Source: a virus. From it: a DNA stretch of 60,498 nt. Position 1 is the first letter of the stretch. The number at the start of each line of letters is the position of its first letter. Shown piece by piece: positions 1 through 8,786 of this stretch. Both the position numbers and the translations under genes were made by a program. The DNA lies in the UHGV virus genome UHGV-1361614; one strand, written 5' to 3'. The notes under the pieces were generated by a model, which searched no databases, had not been told where the DNA came from, and was given only the letters and a program-made list of their open reading frames with translations.

Positions 1-71
1 AACTCTTTGGCGGGGTTGATCCTTGATTTAATTCTAGAGATATAGTATTCCCCGCGCACAAAGAGTTTCTT

Positions 72-518
72 TTATTTTCTTGCCATCTGATCCCACTCTT
101 GACCTGTTTTTGAAAAATATTTCAACAAATTTAAAAGTCGTGCCCTTTCGTAATTTTCATCTCCAACAGCTGCCGCATATTCTCTTCTTAAAATTTCTCT
201 GTTTGCCTTGATAACATCCTCCTGCTTAACGTATCCTACTTTCTCATCAGGATATCTACTACGTCCGTGATTTATGGCTGATGTAAAAACATTACCATAA
301 TCATCAATATAAAACTCATATATAAAATAGCACCATTCGTCATCATCCGTTTCCCGAAAAATTGCAGGTTCGGGAAAATTAATGTCTGTATGTATATGGT
401 ATTTTTCATTTGTTAAATATACTTTTACAGGAATACCCTGTAAAAAATATTCACCATTAGATCTCGTTAATTTTGTTCCGTATAAAAACATTTCCATTTC
501 TCTTGTATTATCTCTCAT
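72..518 (-). CDS. hypothetical protein
   Basis: 148-aa ORF with no recognisable motif; co-oriented with neighbours. Confidence 0.4.
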   Translation of the reverse strand: MRDNTREMEMFLYGTKLTRSNGEYFLQGIPVKVYLTNEKYHIHTDINFPEPAIFRETDDDEWCYFIYEFYIDDYGNVFTSAINHGRSRYPDEKVGYVKQEDVIKANREILRREYAAAVGDENYERARLLNLLKYFSKTGQEWDQMARK

Positions 519-618
519 GTTATCTTCCTCCTGATTTTTATTTACTACTCTTTACAGTTGTTATAATACACCGTTTATAATGCAATGTCAATATATTTCT
601 ACATTATTTTTAATGTTT

Positions 619-831
619 CTATTTCTGATCATTTTCTACATATTTTATAATGTTTCCGGGCTGCATGTCTAACAACGTACAAATTTTATCAAGTGCTATG
701 ATTCCGACCATTTCCCCATGTCTTAAAGACTGGATCGCATTTTCCCCCAGCAACTTTTCCTTTCTTAGCTTTGTTGTAGTGTATCCACTTTCTTTTAGCG
801 TATCTAACACATCAAACTTATATTTAAGCAT
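619..831 (-). CDS. XRE-family helix-turn-helix transcriptional regulator
   Basis: 70 aa; HTH-like segment LLGENAIQSLRHGEMVGIIALDKICTLL typical of short Cro/CI-type HTH proteins. Confidence 0.6.
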   Translation of the reverse strand: MLKYKFDVLDTLKESGYTTTKLRKEKLLGENAIQSLRHGEMVGIIALDKICTLLDMQPGNIIKYVENDQK

Positions 832-1393
832 ATATTTTCACCTCCATAAATATTTTACATTATTTTTGAAGCATTTTCAATAGTTTTACATTATAAATAA
901 TGCACAAATATTTATAGTTTGCAATGCTTTATTTTTGGTGTATTTGTGTATTGAAATTACATTAAATATAATGTATTATATAGCCATAAGGAACAGAAAA
1001 CAAGCCCCAAGAAAAGGAGATAGGAAACATGAAAAAAATCAAAATTGAAAACGGAAAAATCTATTCAGAGTCTTTCGGAAAAACGGACGTATTCGAGATT
1101 GTCGGAAGAATCCCGGTAAGTTATCGTCAGCGTGTTTGTTTGGTAGGAGGGCAAAAAAATGCGATTAAAAACAGCAAGAGCGGCAATATATACCGCTCTT
1201 ATTCCTGTAATTATGTTAATTTTTCAAAACATTTGTTCGGCGGGTCTTGCCTCTACTTACCCGTTTCTTTTGCTTGCGTTGTCTGTACTCAGTTTTTATA
1301 ATCGTTATATTTCCGCGCTTTTCCTCTGTTCTAACCTTAACGGCCTCCGGGATATATGCAGCAGTTACAAGCCGATGCTTGGTCCCCGATCTA

Positions 1394-2119
1394 CTACCCA
1401 TTTATCCCCACCTCCGCACCATTTGCGACAGTTTGTCCACCGCTACGCCGCCGGATCTGCTGCCCGTATGACTCCAGGTAGACCACCGGTGCAAGATCCC
1501 GGGGTAAATTCTGAAGCTCAGGCCCCACAACTAGCACTTGATCTGGATGTAACCGGCGGATCATTTCCCGGTATCCAATCTCAAAGCAGTGTTGCCCATC
1601 ATCCCAGAAGCAGCCGGTTGTACTTACTGCCACTGTTCCGCCCTGACTCAAGCCGTCAAAACAGAAATCAAAACTATCCGGGCTGCCCCAGCCAATCGAA
1701 GGAATCACTTCAAAACCGTTGGCATGGAGCCACCAGCCAAGCGCCCGGTTTCTGTAGACTTGCCAAACCTTCATAGCTAGTGGCATACCGTCATAAAATG
1801 AAAAATCCGGTGCGCAAACATATCTGAAATTCTCCAAAATTCCAAAATATTTCTCTGAATTATTCCATAATCGCTCAAACCTGTGATCGTCAATAAAAAA
1901 ATGGCATACAGAATTTCTGGGCTTTAGTTCTCTTTGTGCCAAATTAAAAGGCACTGCTTTAACTCCAGTCAAATCTGCATTGACTGCCGGAAGTTTTGGA
2001 AAACCATATTTCCCGTCTAATTCTGAGCCATGCAAATAACGCTCACGTATTACATCGTTGATCGTATTGATTTCTTGATACATCTGGTTCTCTCCTTTCG
2101 CCAATTTGAACAACCACAA
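1394..2119 (-). CDS. DUF4417-like protein
   Basis: 241 aa; HFFIDDHRFERLWN and WGSPDSFDF blocks resemble DUF4417; the C-terminal ~60 codons run through an unusually GC-rich stretch. Confidence 0.5.
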   Translation of the reverse strand: MWLFKLAKGENQMYQEINTINDVIRERYLHGSELDGKYGFPKLPAVNADLTGVKAVPFNLAQRELKPRNSVCHFFIDDHRFERLWNNSEKYFGILENFRYVCAPDFSFYDGMPLAMKVWQVYRNRALGWWLHANGFEVIPSIGWGSPDSFDFCFDGLSQGGTVAVSTTGCFWDDGQHCFEIGYREMIRRLHPDQVLVVGPELQNLPRDLAPVVYLESYGQQIRRRSGGQTVANGAEVGING

Positions 2120-2170
2120 CTATAGGCTGTTAATCATAATTCATGCAAAAAGGCAAAAATCCAAATTATA

Positions 2171-2509
2171 TCAATCTCCTGTATTCAGGATACCATTATT
2201 CTGCAAATTAAGCAACATTAAATTGTCTAGCAAATACACTAGATCTGTCCCGTACAAACTGATCCAGTCTGCCATATATTCTTCCTGTTCAATAGGCATG
2301 TGGATATTGTACGAAAAGCAGAATACATGGCAGAGTTCATGTGCCAACACTTTGCGCAGAAATGCCCCTCTAAGCCGTTTATTTAGGTAAATGGTTTTGT
2401 TGTTCCAATCGGTCACTCCAACGGTTTCTGAGCCGTCTGAGCGCATCAGGAAGGTGCTTCCGCTAGACACTCTGCTTATGGTCCATTGTATCCCATTAAT
2501 TTCAAACAT
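2171..2509 (-). CDS. ImmA/IrrE-like zinc metallopeptidase domain protein
   Basis: 112 aa with the HEXXH motif LAHELCHVF, the pattern seen in ImmA/IrrE anti-repressor peptidases. Confidence 0.5.
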   Translation of the reverse strand: MFEINGIQWTISRVSSGSTFLMRSDGSETVGVTDWNNKTIYLNKRLRGAFLRKVLAHELCHVFCFSYNIHMPIEQEEYMADWISLYGTDLVYLLDNLMLLNLQNNGILNTGD

Positions 2510-2569
2510 AATTTGCCCCTTTCAAAAAGAACTACCGCCTGGATAGCAGACGATAGTTCCTCTTCATCA

Positions 2570-3214
2570 TTACAGTTTGGTAGCCAATGCAGAAATCTTA
2601 GATTTAAGCATAGTCCTTTCTTCCGGTGTCATATCAGACAGCAGCCCCGTGATGTCAGAAGAGATTTCTTTGAAATAATCTTCCAGACCTCTCATTTTGG
2701 CTTCTTTGTCCTGCGTGGTGTTAGCTCTGTGAAGCTCTTTTGTTTCAATATAACCTCTTTTTGCTCTATCGTAGTTGCTTTCACTCATGGTCATAGTTGG
2801 CTCAGTGTAATACATCCGGCCGGTATTTCTGTCCATGTCCCGGTATTCCTGCATGTCTTTGTACATTTCCGGGGTCATTCTCCAATATGGTCCTTCGTAT
2901 CCTCTGCGATAAGTGCCTCTGCCTTTTGGAGCAAATCTTCCGTCAGAATAGCGGTAATGATCGTAATACCGTCTTTCTGGATAATCTTCATATTGTTCCA
3001 GCATTTCCATAATATCATCGTTTTCTTCTGCTTTTTTCATTGCCTCTACGATTTTAAAATCTTTATCAAAGCAAGCAATGTTCTTAGCAATTTCTGTCCA
3101 ATCTTTCAAATCATCCAAATTTTGTCCTTCAAAATTCTCAATTCCGATTGATTCCGCTTTTACCTTAACACATTCCAGGATTTTTTTTGCCCATTCATGC
3201 ATACATTCCACCAC
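2570..3214 (-). CDS. hypothetical Y/R/E/D-rich protein
   Basis: 214 aa; low-complexity YYDHYRYSDGRF...YRRGYEGPYW region; in an operon with other low-complexity proteins. Confidence 0.45.
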   Translation of the reverse strand: MVECMHEWAKKILECVKVKAESIGIENFEGQNLDDLKDWTEIAKNIACFDKDFKIVEAMKKAEENDDIMEMLEQYEDYPERRYYDHYRYSDGRFAPKGRGTYRRGYEGPYWRMTPEMYKDMQEYRDMDRNTGRMYYTEPTMTMSESNYDRAKRGYIETKELHRANTTQDKEAKMRGLEDYFKEISSDITGLLSDMTPEERTMLKSKISALATKL

Positions 3215-3218
3215 CCTT

Positions 3219-3656
3219 TCACGCTTCTCTGGTAACTACAAGGTTAGCGTTAGCCACTTCAATAGCCTGTGTGCTGGTATTTTCAATCGCAATATTCGCA
3301 CAGCAGCCTGCCGGAACATCAATATAGATTCCGGCGGACACGTTGTTATACTGTGATACTGCTGCCGGAGTGGAGCGCATCTGAGATGAAAGAACCGGTT
3401 CTCCACTGATTGCGATTGCCAGAGAAATTTCACCTGCTGTTCCACCTGTTGGGACGGCGATATTTGCGGAAAAGTTTACAAAGTATCTTGCTCTACACTG
3501 ATTGGTCAACCCACGAAGCGTGATAATGCCGGATCCTTCCCGGTGTTTAATGCAATTCCCGCCTTTAACAGCGGTGCTTGTAAAGACTACGTTCCCATTC
3601 TGCGCTACTTCCTGAGCAGCTACAGCCACAAATTCAGCCATAATATTTACCTCCAT
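3219..3656 (-). CDS. hypothetical protein, beta-rich, possible surface or spore-associated
   Basis: 145 aa; A/V/S/T/G/N-rich; CC pair near the C-terminus. Confidence 0.4.
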   Translation of the reverse strand: MEVNIMAEFVAVAAQEVAQNGNVVFTSTAVKGGNCIKHREGSGIITLRGLTNQCRARYFVNFSANIAVPTGGTAGEISLAIAISGEPVLSSQMRSTPAAVSQYNNVSAGIYIDVPAGCCANIAIENTSTQAIEVANANLVVTREA

Positions 3657-3768
3657 AAATGATAAGGGCAGACCGTTAAGCCTGCCCTGTGTAATTCTGC
3701 TATGCAGACATAACCTGTTTGGTTAAGTTACGATTATTCCGTTGTAACCGTATGTGATTCCATACGGT

Positions 3769-4665
3769 TTAGCAACCGCAGCCTGTATTGCAGCCACAGC
3801 CATATGCATAAGCGTTCGGATTCGGAACAACGTATGCCGGAACTGCTGCCGGATTAACCGCGTTGATAATCTGCTGTGTCTGATTAGCCATCTGAGTTGT
3901 GAGCAATGCGCTCTGACGATCCTGAGAAGCTGCCCGACGAAGATCATTATTTTCTGCTTGCAGAGAAGAAATCTTCTCATTGCACAGATAATCAAGAATT
4001 GCACGGGTTCCCGCATTCTGGCTGTCAATGATATCACGGGTGTTGGAATTCATCGTATTCTGTAATGCGCAGGTATTCTGTGCCATGCTGTAGTTTACAC
4101 CCTGGATTGCTTCCCGGGTTTCGCAGCAACATGAAGCATTTTGAGCTGCCATATTAGCAAGTGTAGACTGAATAGCATTTGTATTCTGCATTCCCGCTAC
4201 TGTGTCAGCGTTGATAGCCTGCTGGATGCCATAGCCTGTCTGAAGAATATTGGTATTAATACCATTAAATCCAGTCAGCATGCCATTATTCACAGCATAG
4301 AATCCATTACATAATCCATTGGTAATTCCATCAAGCTTAGAAATTACAGCTTGATTATCAAATCCTCGTTGAATATCAGCCTGAGTTGCAGCAGTTGCTA
4401 CGTAACCACCACCGTTATTTCCTCCAAATCCTCCCCAGCCATTATTACCCCAGCCGAAAAGCAAAGCGAATACCACGATGATCCAAAGCCAACCGCCATC
4501 GCCCCAAGCCCCATTTGCGCCATATCCGCCGCTATTAGCTGGCATGACTGGCATTGTAAATGGTGCATTGTTTGAATTAAACATATTGCTACCTCCGAAA
4601 AAATTATTCATAAAGAGATCCCCTAGATTTTGTGCACAGATCTCTAATATGTCACTTATTATCAA
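3769..4665 (-). CDS. glycine-rich membrane protein with Cys-rich C-terminus
   Basis: 298 aa; a G/N/W-rich region flanks a hydrophobic helix WLWIIVVFALLFGW; Q/N-rich middle with a CCC cluster; C-terminus ends CGCNTGCGC. Confidence 0.45.
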   Translation of the reverse strand: MIISDILEICAQNLGDLFMNNFFGGSNMFNSNNAPFTMPVMPANSGGYGANGAWGDGGWLWIIVVFALLFGWGNNGWGGFGGNNGGGYVATAATQADIQRGFDNQAVISKLDGITNGLCNGFYAVNNGMLTGFNGINTNILQTGYGIQQAINADTVAGMQNTNAIQSTLANMAAQNASCCCETREAIQGVNYSMAQNTCALQNTMNSNTRDIIDSQNAGTRAILDYLCNEKISSLQAENNDLRRAASQDRQSALLTTQMANQTQQIINAVNPAAVPAYVVPNPNAYAYGCGCNTGCGC

Positions 4666-4891
4666 ATCTACTTTTTATCTGCTGCATTACCTGGTCGGCA
4701 TCCAGCCCTTTTTCTTTGCATAGGTTTCTCGCCATTTGCTCAATTCCTTGCATATTTCCATTTTGAGCCATATCAATTACATTTTTTGCCATGGGGTTGC
4801 TCATTATCTGATTATTTCCCATTATCTGCTGAATAAATTGTTGAGGATTACCGCCTTTAAACATTTGCATAATCTGCATAGGGTTCATCAT
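4652..4891 (-). CDS. small M/Q/N-rich hypothetical protein
   Basis: 79 aa; ends 13 bp inside the next ORF, consistent with translational coupling in an operon. Confidence 0.4.
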   Translation of the reverse strand: MMNPMQIMQMFKGGNPQQFIQQIMGNNQIMSNPMAKNVIDMAQNGNMQGIEQMARNLCKEKGLDADQVMQQIKSRFDNK

Positions 4892-5367
4892 CCTGCTTCA
4901 CCGGCTTTCTTGGTTGTTAAGGTGGTTTTCTTTGTCATGGAATTGGTTATTGTCTGTTCCAACTGTTCGATTTTTCCGAACAGTTCATCAAAACGCTGCT
5001 CAAATACAGCTGTGACATTCTCAGACAGCCCAGGATCGTTTTTATTAGTGTTTCCGGTGATTTCTACAGGTCTAAAAATCAAAGTCCTTATTGTGCCGTC
5101 TGCACACCAGTTTTTAACATAGATTTCAGACAGATCCTGTTTCGGGAAGAACGCAGCTGATCCATCCATTGGCACGCAGTCAGCTGTTATCTTATCCGCA
5201 GACATTACTACCATGCCATTCAGTCCTCTTTGAACCGGTTGCTGTAGAACGACCGGCTGTTGTATCTGTTGCTCCATTTGCTTCTGCTGTTGCATATACG
5301 GATTATAAAACTGCTGTGGATACGCTGGCTGTGGATTATAAAAATTGTTCTGATAAGGATTTACCAT
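4888..5367 (-). CDS. hypothetical Q/P/Y-rich protein
   Basis: 159 aa; N-terminal low-complexity NPYQNNFYNPQPAYPQQFYNPYMQQQ. Confidence 0.45.
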   Translation of the reverse strand: MVNPYQNNFYNPQPAYPQQFYNPYMQQQKQMEQQIQQPVVLQQPVQRGLNGMVVMSADKITADCVPMDGSAAFFPKQDLSEIYVKNWCADGTIRTLIFRPVEITGNTNKNDPGLSENVTAVFEQRFDELFGKIEQLEQTITNSMTKKTTLTTKKAGEAG

Positions 5368-5490
5368 TGTTTTGCTCCTCCTCTTCCAGTATTTCCTCTA
5401 TCGCATGAATTACGGCAGACTGAGTTTGCAAATCAAGTCTCTGTAATTCCTCTCTGGCAAAAATCTTTTCTAAAACTTCATCCGAAAACA
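5335..5490 (-). CDS. small acidic protein (51 aa)
   Basis: ATG with an AGGAGG RBS 7 nt upstream; overlaps the next gene in a different frame; not in the supplied track because it is under 60 aa. Confidence 0.3.
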
Positions 5491-5523
5491 TATCTCATCC
5501 TCCTTCTAATTAAATTTTCGCAC

Positions 5524-5548
5524 AAAAAAAGACGGTTAAACCGTCAAG
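5524..5548 (-). terminator. rho-independent terminator after the integrase gene
   Basis: minus strand reads GACGGtttaaCCGTC followed by TTTTTTT. Confidence 0.6.
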
Positions 5549-5661
5549 CTGTCGCACATTATCAGTAAATTATTAGTAAAAATAGAATAAATACCTAGCC
5601 ATTTCTGTTTTTCGTCTTACCCACACTCACGGGAGCAACAGTAGGTAAGTTGAAAAATCTA

Positions 5662-7011
5662 TTAAAAAGTAACAAAACGAATTTCTATATCGTTTCCGTT
5701 AATAACAATCCTTTCAATGCATTCTTTTAAAACTCGGTTTTTCTCCTTAACAGAAAGCGTGTCCCAAACATCTGAAACATGCTTAATCTTTTGGATTTTT
5801 TGCGTATTATCTGGCTCCTTTCTGTCATTTTCAGTTAAAAGTTGTTTGTTCAGTTTTTCAATTTTCTTTTCCGTCTCCTTAATGACATCCATTAAGTTTT
5901 TACTTGGATTTTCTGCATAAAGTACATATAAACGTTTGACATGCTCATTTTCTTTTCTAATTGCTACCTTGAGCTTTGCAACCGGATCATCTTTCTGGCT
6001 AGTATTCGCTTTAACATTGATAGCAAACTTTTTAAAGCAATCTTCCACATCTGCTTCTATAATCTCTGCGTACGCTTTAATGTTAATACAGTTTTTATCC
6101 CGAATCATGTAACTCTTGCCACTATATTGCGAATAGCAAATAATACGCGGCTTTATTCCGTCCCATTTATGATATCTCATCCTAGCACCACATATTCCGC
6201 AGTAACATAATCCGCTCAGCAGATATCCATTTGACACATGTGCATTTGTTGAGCGCTTCTTTCGCATATCTTGTGCCATATAAAAAATCTCTTCATCAAT
6301 AATCGGTTCATGCTTGCCTTTATAAACGTTCCCTTTATATTCAATTAAACCAATATACGTTTTACGTTTAAGTGCATTATCTACAGCCTTTTCACAACTA
6401 AATCCAAGGATATTAGCAATTCTATTACATGAGTATCCTTTCAGATAAAGCCCAAATGCATCGCGAACCAGAGCTGCCTTATCAGCATCGATATGGAGTA
6501 TTCCATCATTTCTATCGTAATGATACCCAACAGGAATATTTCCACCACCAGGCCAAAGACCGTTTTTTACACGTTCAACCATTCCTGAAGACATTCTCAT
6601 TCGGATGACTTCCCTCTCATACTGGTTCATTGCTGCATTCATAGTTAGCATCATTCTGTCCATTGGGTTTTCGGTACGTAATTCTTCAGTCATTGATATT
6701 ACTTTAACTCCGTAGCTCGGAAGTGTTTTGTAAAACAAAGTTAATGTATCAATAACATCACGGCTCATACGATCCAATTTGTAGATATAAACTGTATCTA
6801 TAATTCCACTCTTCGCATGGTCTAGTAACTCTTGTATTTTCGGCCTATCGAGCTTGCTTCCACTATACCCCCCATCTATGTACCACTTGTCAACAGTAAT
6901 ACCGTGTTTTTCACAGTAATCCATGATTTTTTGTTTCTGCATATCCAAGCCGTATTTTTCAGTCTGTGTCTCTGTTGATACTCTCAAATATGCCACCTGT
7001 AATTTGCTCAT
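5662..7011 (-). CDS. large serine recombinase (phage integrase)
   Basis: 449 aa; N-terminal resolvase-type catalytic domain with the Ser in LRVSTETQ, a recombinase domain and a Cys-rich zinc-ribbon region CYCGICGARMRYH; AGGAGG RBS. Confidence 0.9.
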   Translation of the reverse strand: MSKLQVAYLRVSTETQTEKYGLDMQKQKIMDYCEKHGITVDKWYIDGGYSGSKLDRPKIQELLDHAKSGIIDTVYIYKLDRMSRDVIDTLTLFYKTLPSYGVKVISMTEELRTENPMDRMMLTMNAAMNQYEREVIRMRMSSGMVERVKNGLWPGGGNIPVGYHYDRNDGILHIDADKAALVRDAFGLYLKGYSCNRIANILGFSCEKAVDNALKRKTYIGLIEYKGNVYKGKHEPIIDEEIFYMAQDMRKKRSTNAHVSNGYLLSGLCYCGICGARMRYHKWDGIKPRIICYSQYSGKSYMIRDKNCINIKAYAEIIEADVEDCFKKFAINVKANTSQKDDPVAKLKVAIRKENEHVKRLYVLYAENPSKNLMDVIKETEKKIEKLNKQLLTENDRKEPDNTQKIQKIKHVSDVWDTLSVKEKNRVLKECIERIVINGNDIEIRFVTF

Positions 7012-7027
7012 ATGCCATCCTCCTAAA

Positions 7028-7060
7028 AGAAAATGGCTAGGTTTTTATTCTAGCCATAGT
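7028..7060 (-). terminator. hairpin plus T-tract upstream of int; right copy of the int-flanking inverted repeat
   Basis: minus strand ATGGCTAG...CTAGCCAT stem followed by TTTTCTTTT, then the RBS and ATG of int. Confidence 0.45.
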
Positions 7061-7068
7061 CTACAACA

Positions 7069-7404
7069 TCACTTTGTCTTAGTCAATTTCTCAGCAAGCA
7101 TTTTTTTAACACTTTCAATTTGAATTTCGTTATTTTTCAGATCTTCCTTTGTAACACGCCGACCATTAACATAAATTGTAGTCATGTTTTCAAACACCTC
7201 CAAAAAATCCATTATTTTTCTAAAAATAATTTTCTTCTTTTTAGTTATGCTGGAAAGTGACAAATTTAGCTTTTCTGCCATTTGAATATCACTTGCACCA
7301 GCACTTGCCATTTTTAATAATATGATTTCAGGTTGTGAAAAATTACAATTATCCAATAAAAAATCAACTTCTGGCTTACTCAGCTTGTTAAACCCTAACC
7401 GCAT
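7069..7404 (-). CDS. sigma-70 region-4-like HTH regulator (ArpU/RinA-like)
   Basis: 111 aa; HTH segment SDIQMAEKLNLSLSSITKKK resembles sigma-70 region 4 / phage late-activator proteins. Confidence 0.45.
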   Translation of the reverse strand: MRLGFNKLSKPEVDFLLDNCNFSQPEIILLKMASAGASDIQMAEKLNLSLSSITKKKKIIFRKIMDFLEVFENMTTIYVNGRRVTKEDLKNNEIQIESVKKMLAEKLTKTK

Positions 7405-7416
7405 AAGCCCTCCAAT

Positions 7417-8070
7417 TTAATTCCTAAAAATTAATTGATTACTCTCTTTCCAAGATTTATTCTGAGGAAATTTTTCTGGATGTGTTTTTCTGAGTGCTAT
7501 AGCATCATCGTGGCATTTTTGTATGCACGCAGCACACAATTTCTTTCCGGATCCGTTTTCAAGCGGCAATCCGCAATATCGGCAAAGGTAATTTTTTTCT
7601 TTATATTCCATTTTAGGGATAACGTCTGGAGGAAGTCTGTGCTTTTCTGCATCCTTTACTAGGCACAGCTTGCATTTTTTTCTTCCAGGAGCAGCTTTAC
7701 GTTTCCCACATCTTGTGCAAATACCTTGTTCGCTTCTTTCTTTATATACACTGCGGCCATAATTTCTCATAGCCGCCTTCTGTTCATTCGTTAAAGGTTG
7801 CTTATTTTTCTGCTTCCATTTATATTGCTTTTGCCTGCAACCAATACATGTTTTTTCAGTTCCAAAAAGGCGCTCCTTGCCACATTCTGGGCAAATATTG
7901 TTCGCTCTCCAAAATGCCCTATTTTCTCTTGTGTATTCATTGCACTTCGCCAAACAAGTTATACAATAATACCCTTGTCTATCCATTTCTTTACCGCACT
8001 TAGGGCATTTTCCTTCGCTTATCCTTCTGCGGCGCGTATATTCAATCCTTTTCTTTTGAGTTGTTGCCAT
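7417..8070 (-). CDS. Cys-rich multi-zinc-ribbon protein
   Basis: 217 aa with at least 7 CxxC pairs (CPKCGK, CITCL, CPECGK, CIGC, CTRCGK, CKLC, CRYCG, CAAC). Confidence 0.45.
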   Translation of the reverse strand: MATTQKKRIEYTRRRRISEGKCPKCGKEMDRQGYYCITCLAKCNEYTRENRAFWRANNICPECGKERLFGTEKTCIGCRQKQYKWKQKNKQPLTNEQKAAMRNYGRSVYKERSEQGICTRCGKRKAAPGRKKCKLCLVKDAEKHRLPPDVIPKMEYKEKNYLCRYCGLPLENGSGKKLCAACIQKCHDDAIALRKTHPEKFPQNKSWKESNQLIFRN

Positions 8071-8129
8071 AATTCATGGAGTAAAGTGCACTTTTCTGTC
8101 CGGACAAACCTCTTTACCTCCAATATATT

Positions 8130-8786
8130 TTATCTCAGCCCAAATGCTTTTAACTTTTCCATAGCAGCATTCGGAATAGCTACTGGCCGATCTATAGCCT
8201 TAATTTCTTGTTTTTCTTCTATCAGTGTACTTTTATCTGAAGTTTCTATTTTTGCTGTCACATCACCCTGATTAAGATTTTCAATTAATGTTCTGATTTT
8301 CAGTGGCAGCTTTCTAAGTTCCTGATTTCTTCCTATAACCATACGGTAGGATCTCATGAAGTTACTACTAGCTACGCTTTCGTTAAATTCTTCGTCCATA
8401 GCCCATATTCTGAGTTGCTCGGGTCTACCAATTGCCTTTTGAACTGATGCAGGCAGTTTTTGGAACTCTTCAACACTGTTGTATGTACTGTTCCTCAACG
8501 CCTTACTTACTAAAGTCCAAGCTTCCAACTCATTCATTTCTTGTGGAGATGTTAGTAGCATGATTTTCTCCATAATCTGACCGGGTGAAGGAGCAAAACC
8601 ACTGGAATTTGTGCGCATGTATACAGCAAATGCTCTCTGAACATCATCCCATTGGCAATCGCTCAAAGCCATTCTCCAAGCATTAACTGCTGCTGTCTTA
8701 TCCGGTGGGTTGAAATTCGGATATGTTGCTTGTATCATTGCAAGCAAGTTCTGTGTTTCTTCTCTCGTCATTATGACTGCCTCCAT
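8130..8786 (-). CDS. putative replicative helicase loader (G39P-like N-terminus)
   Basis: 218 aa; N-terminal ETQNLLAMIQATYPNF pattern as in phage loader/inhibitor proteins; adjacent to the replisome organiser. Confidence 0.45.
   Translation of the reverse strand: MEAVIMTREETQNLLAMIQATYPNFNPPDKTAAVNAWRMALSDCQWDDVQRAFAVYMRTNSSGFAPSPGQIMEKIMLLTSPQEMNELEAWTLVSKALRNSTYNSVEEFQKLPASVQKAIGRPEQLRIWAMDEEFNESVASSNFMRSYRMVIGRNQELRKLPLKIRTLIENLNQGDVTAKIETSDKSTLIEEKQEIKAIDRPVAIPNAAMEKLKAFGLR

Noticed and set aside
1159-1776. 205-aa plus-strand ORF with P/S/R/A-rich low-complexity sequence
   Set aside because: Artefact of the GC-rich island; it is antisense to the DUF4417 gene and has no RBS or coherent protein features.
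5400-5660. Attempt to call attR or the host junction just beyond the integrase
   Set aside because: The attachment core cannot be defined from a single sequence without an empty-site comparison; it is noted only as a hypothesis in the findings.
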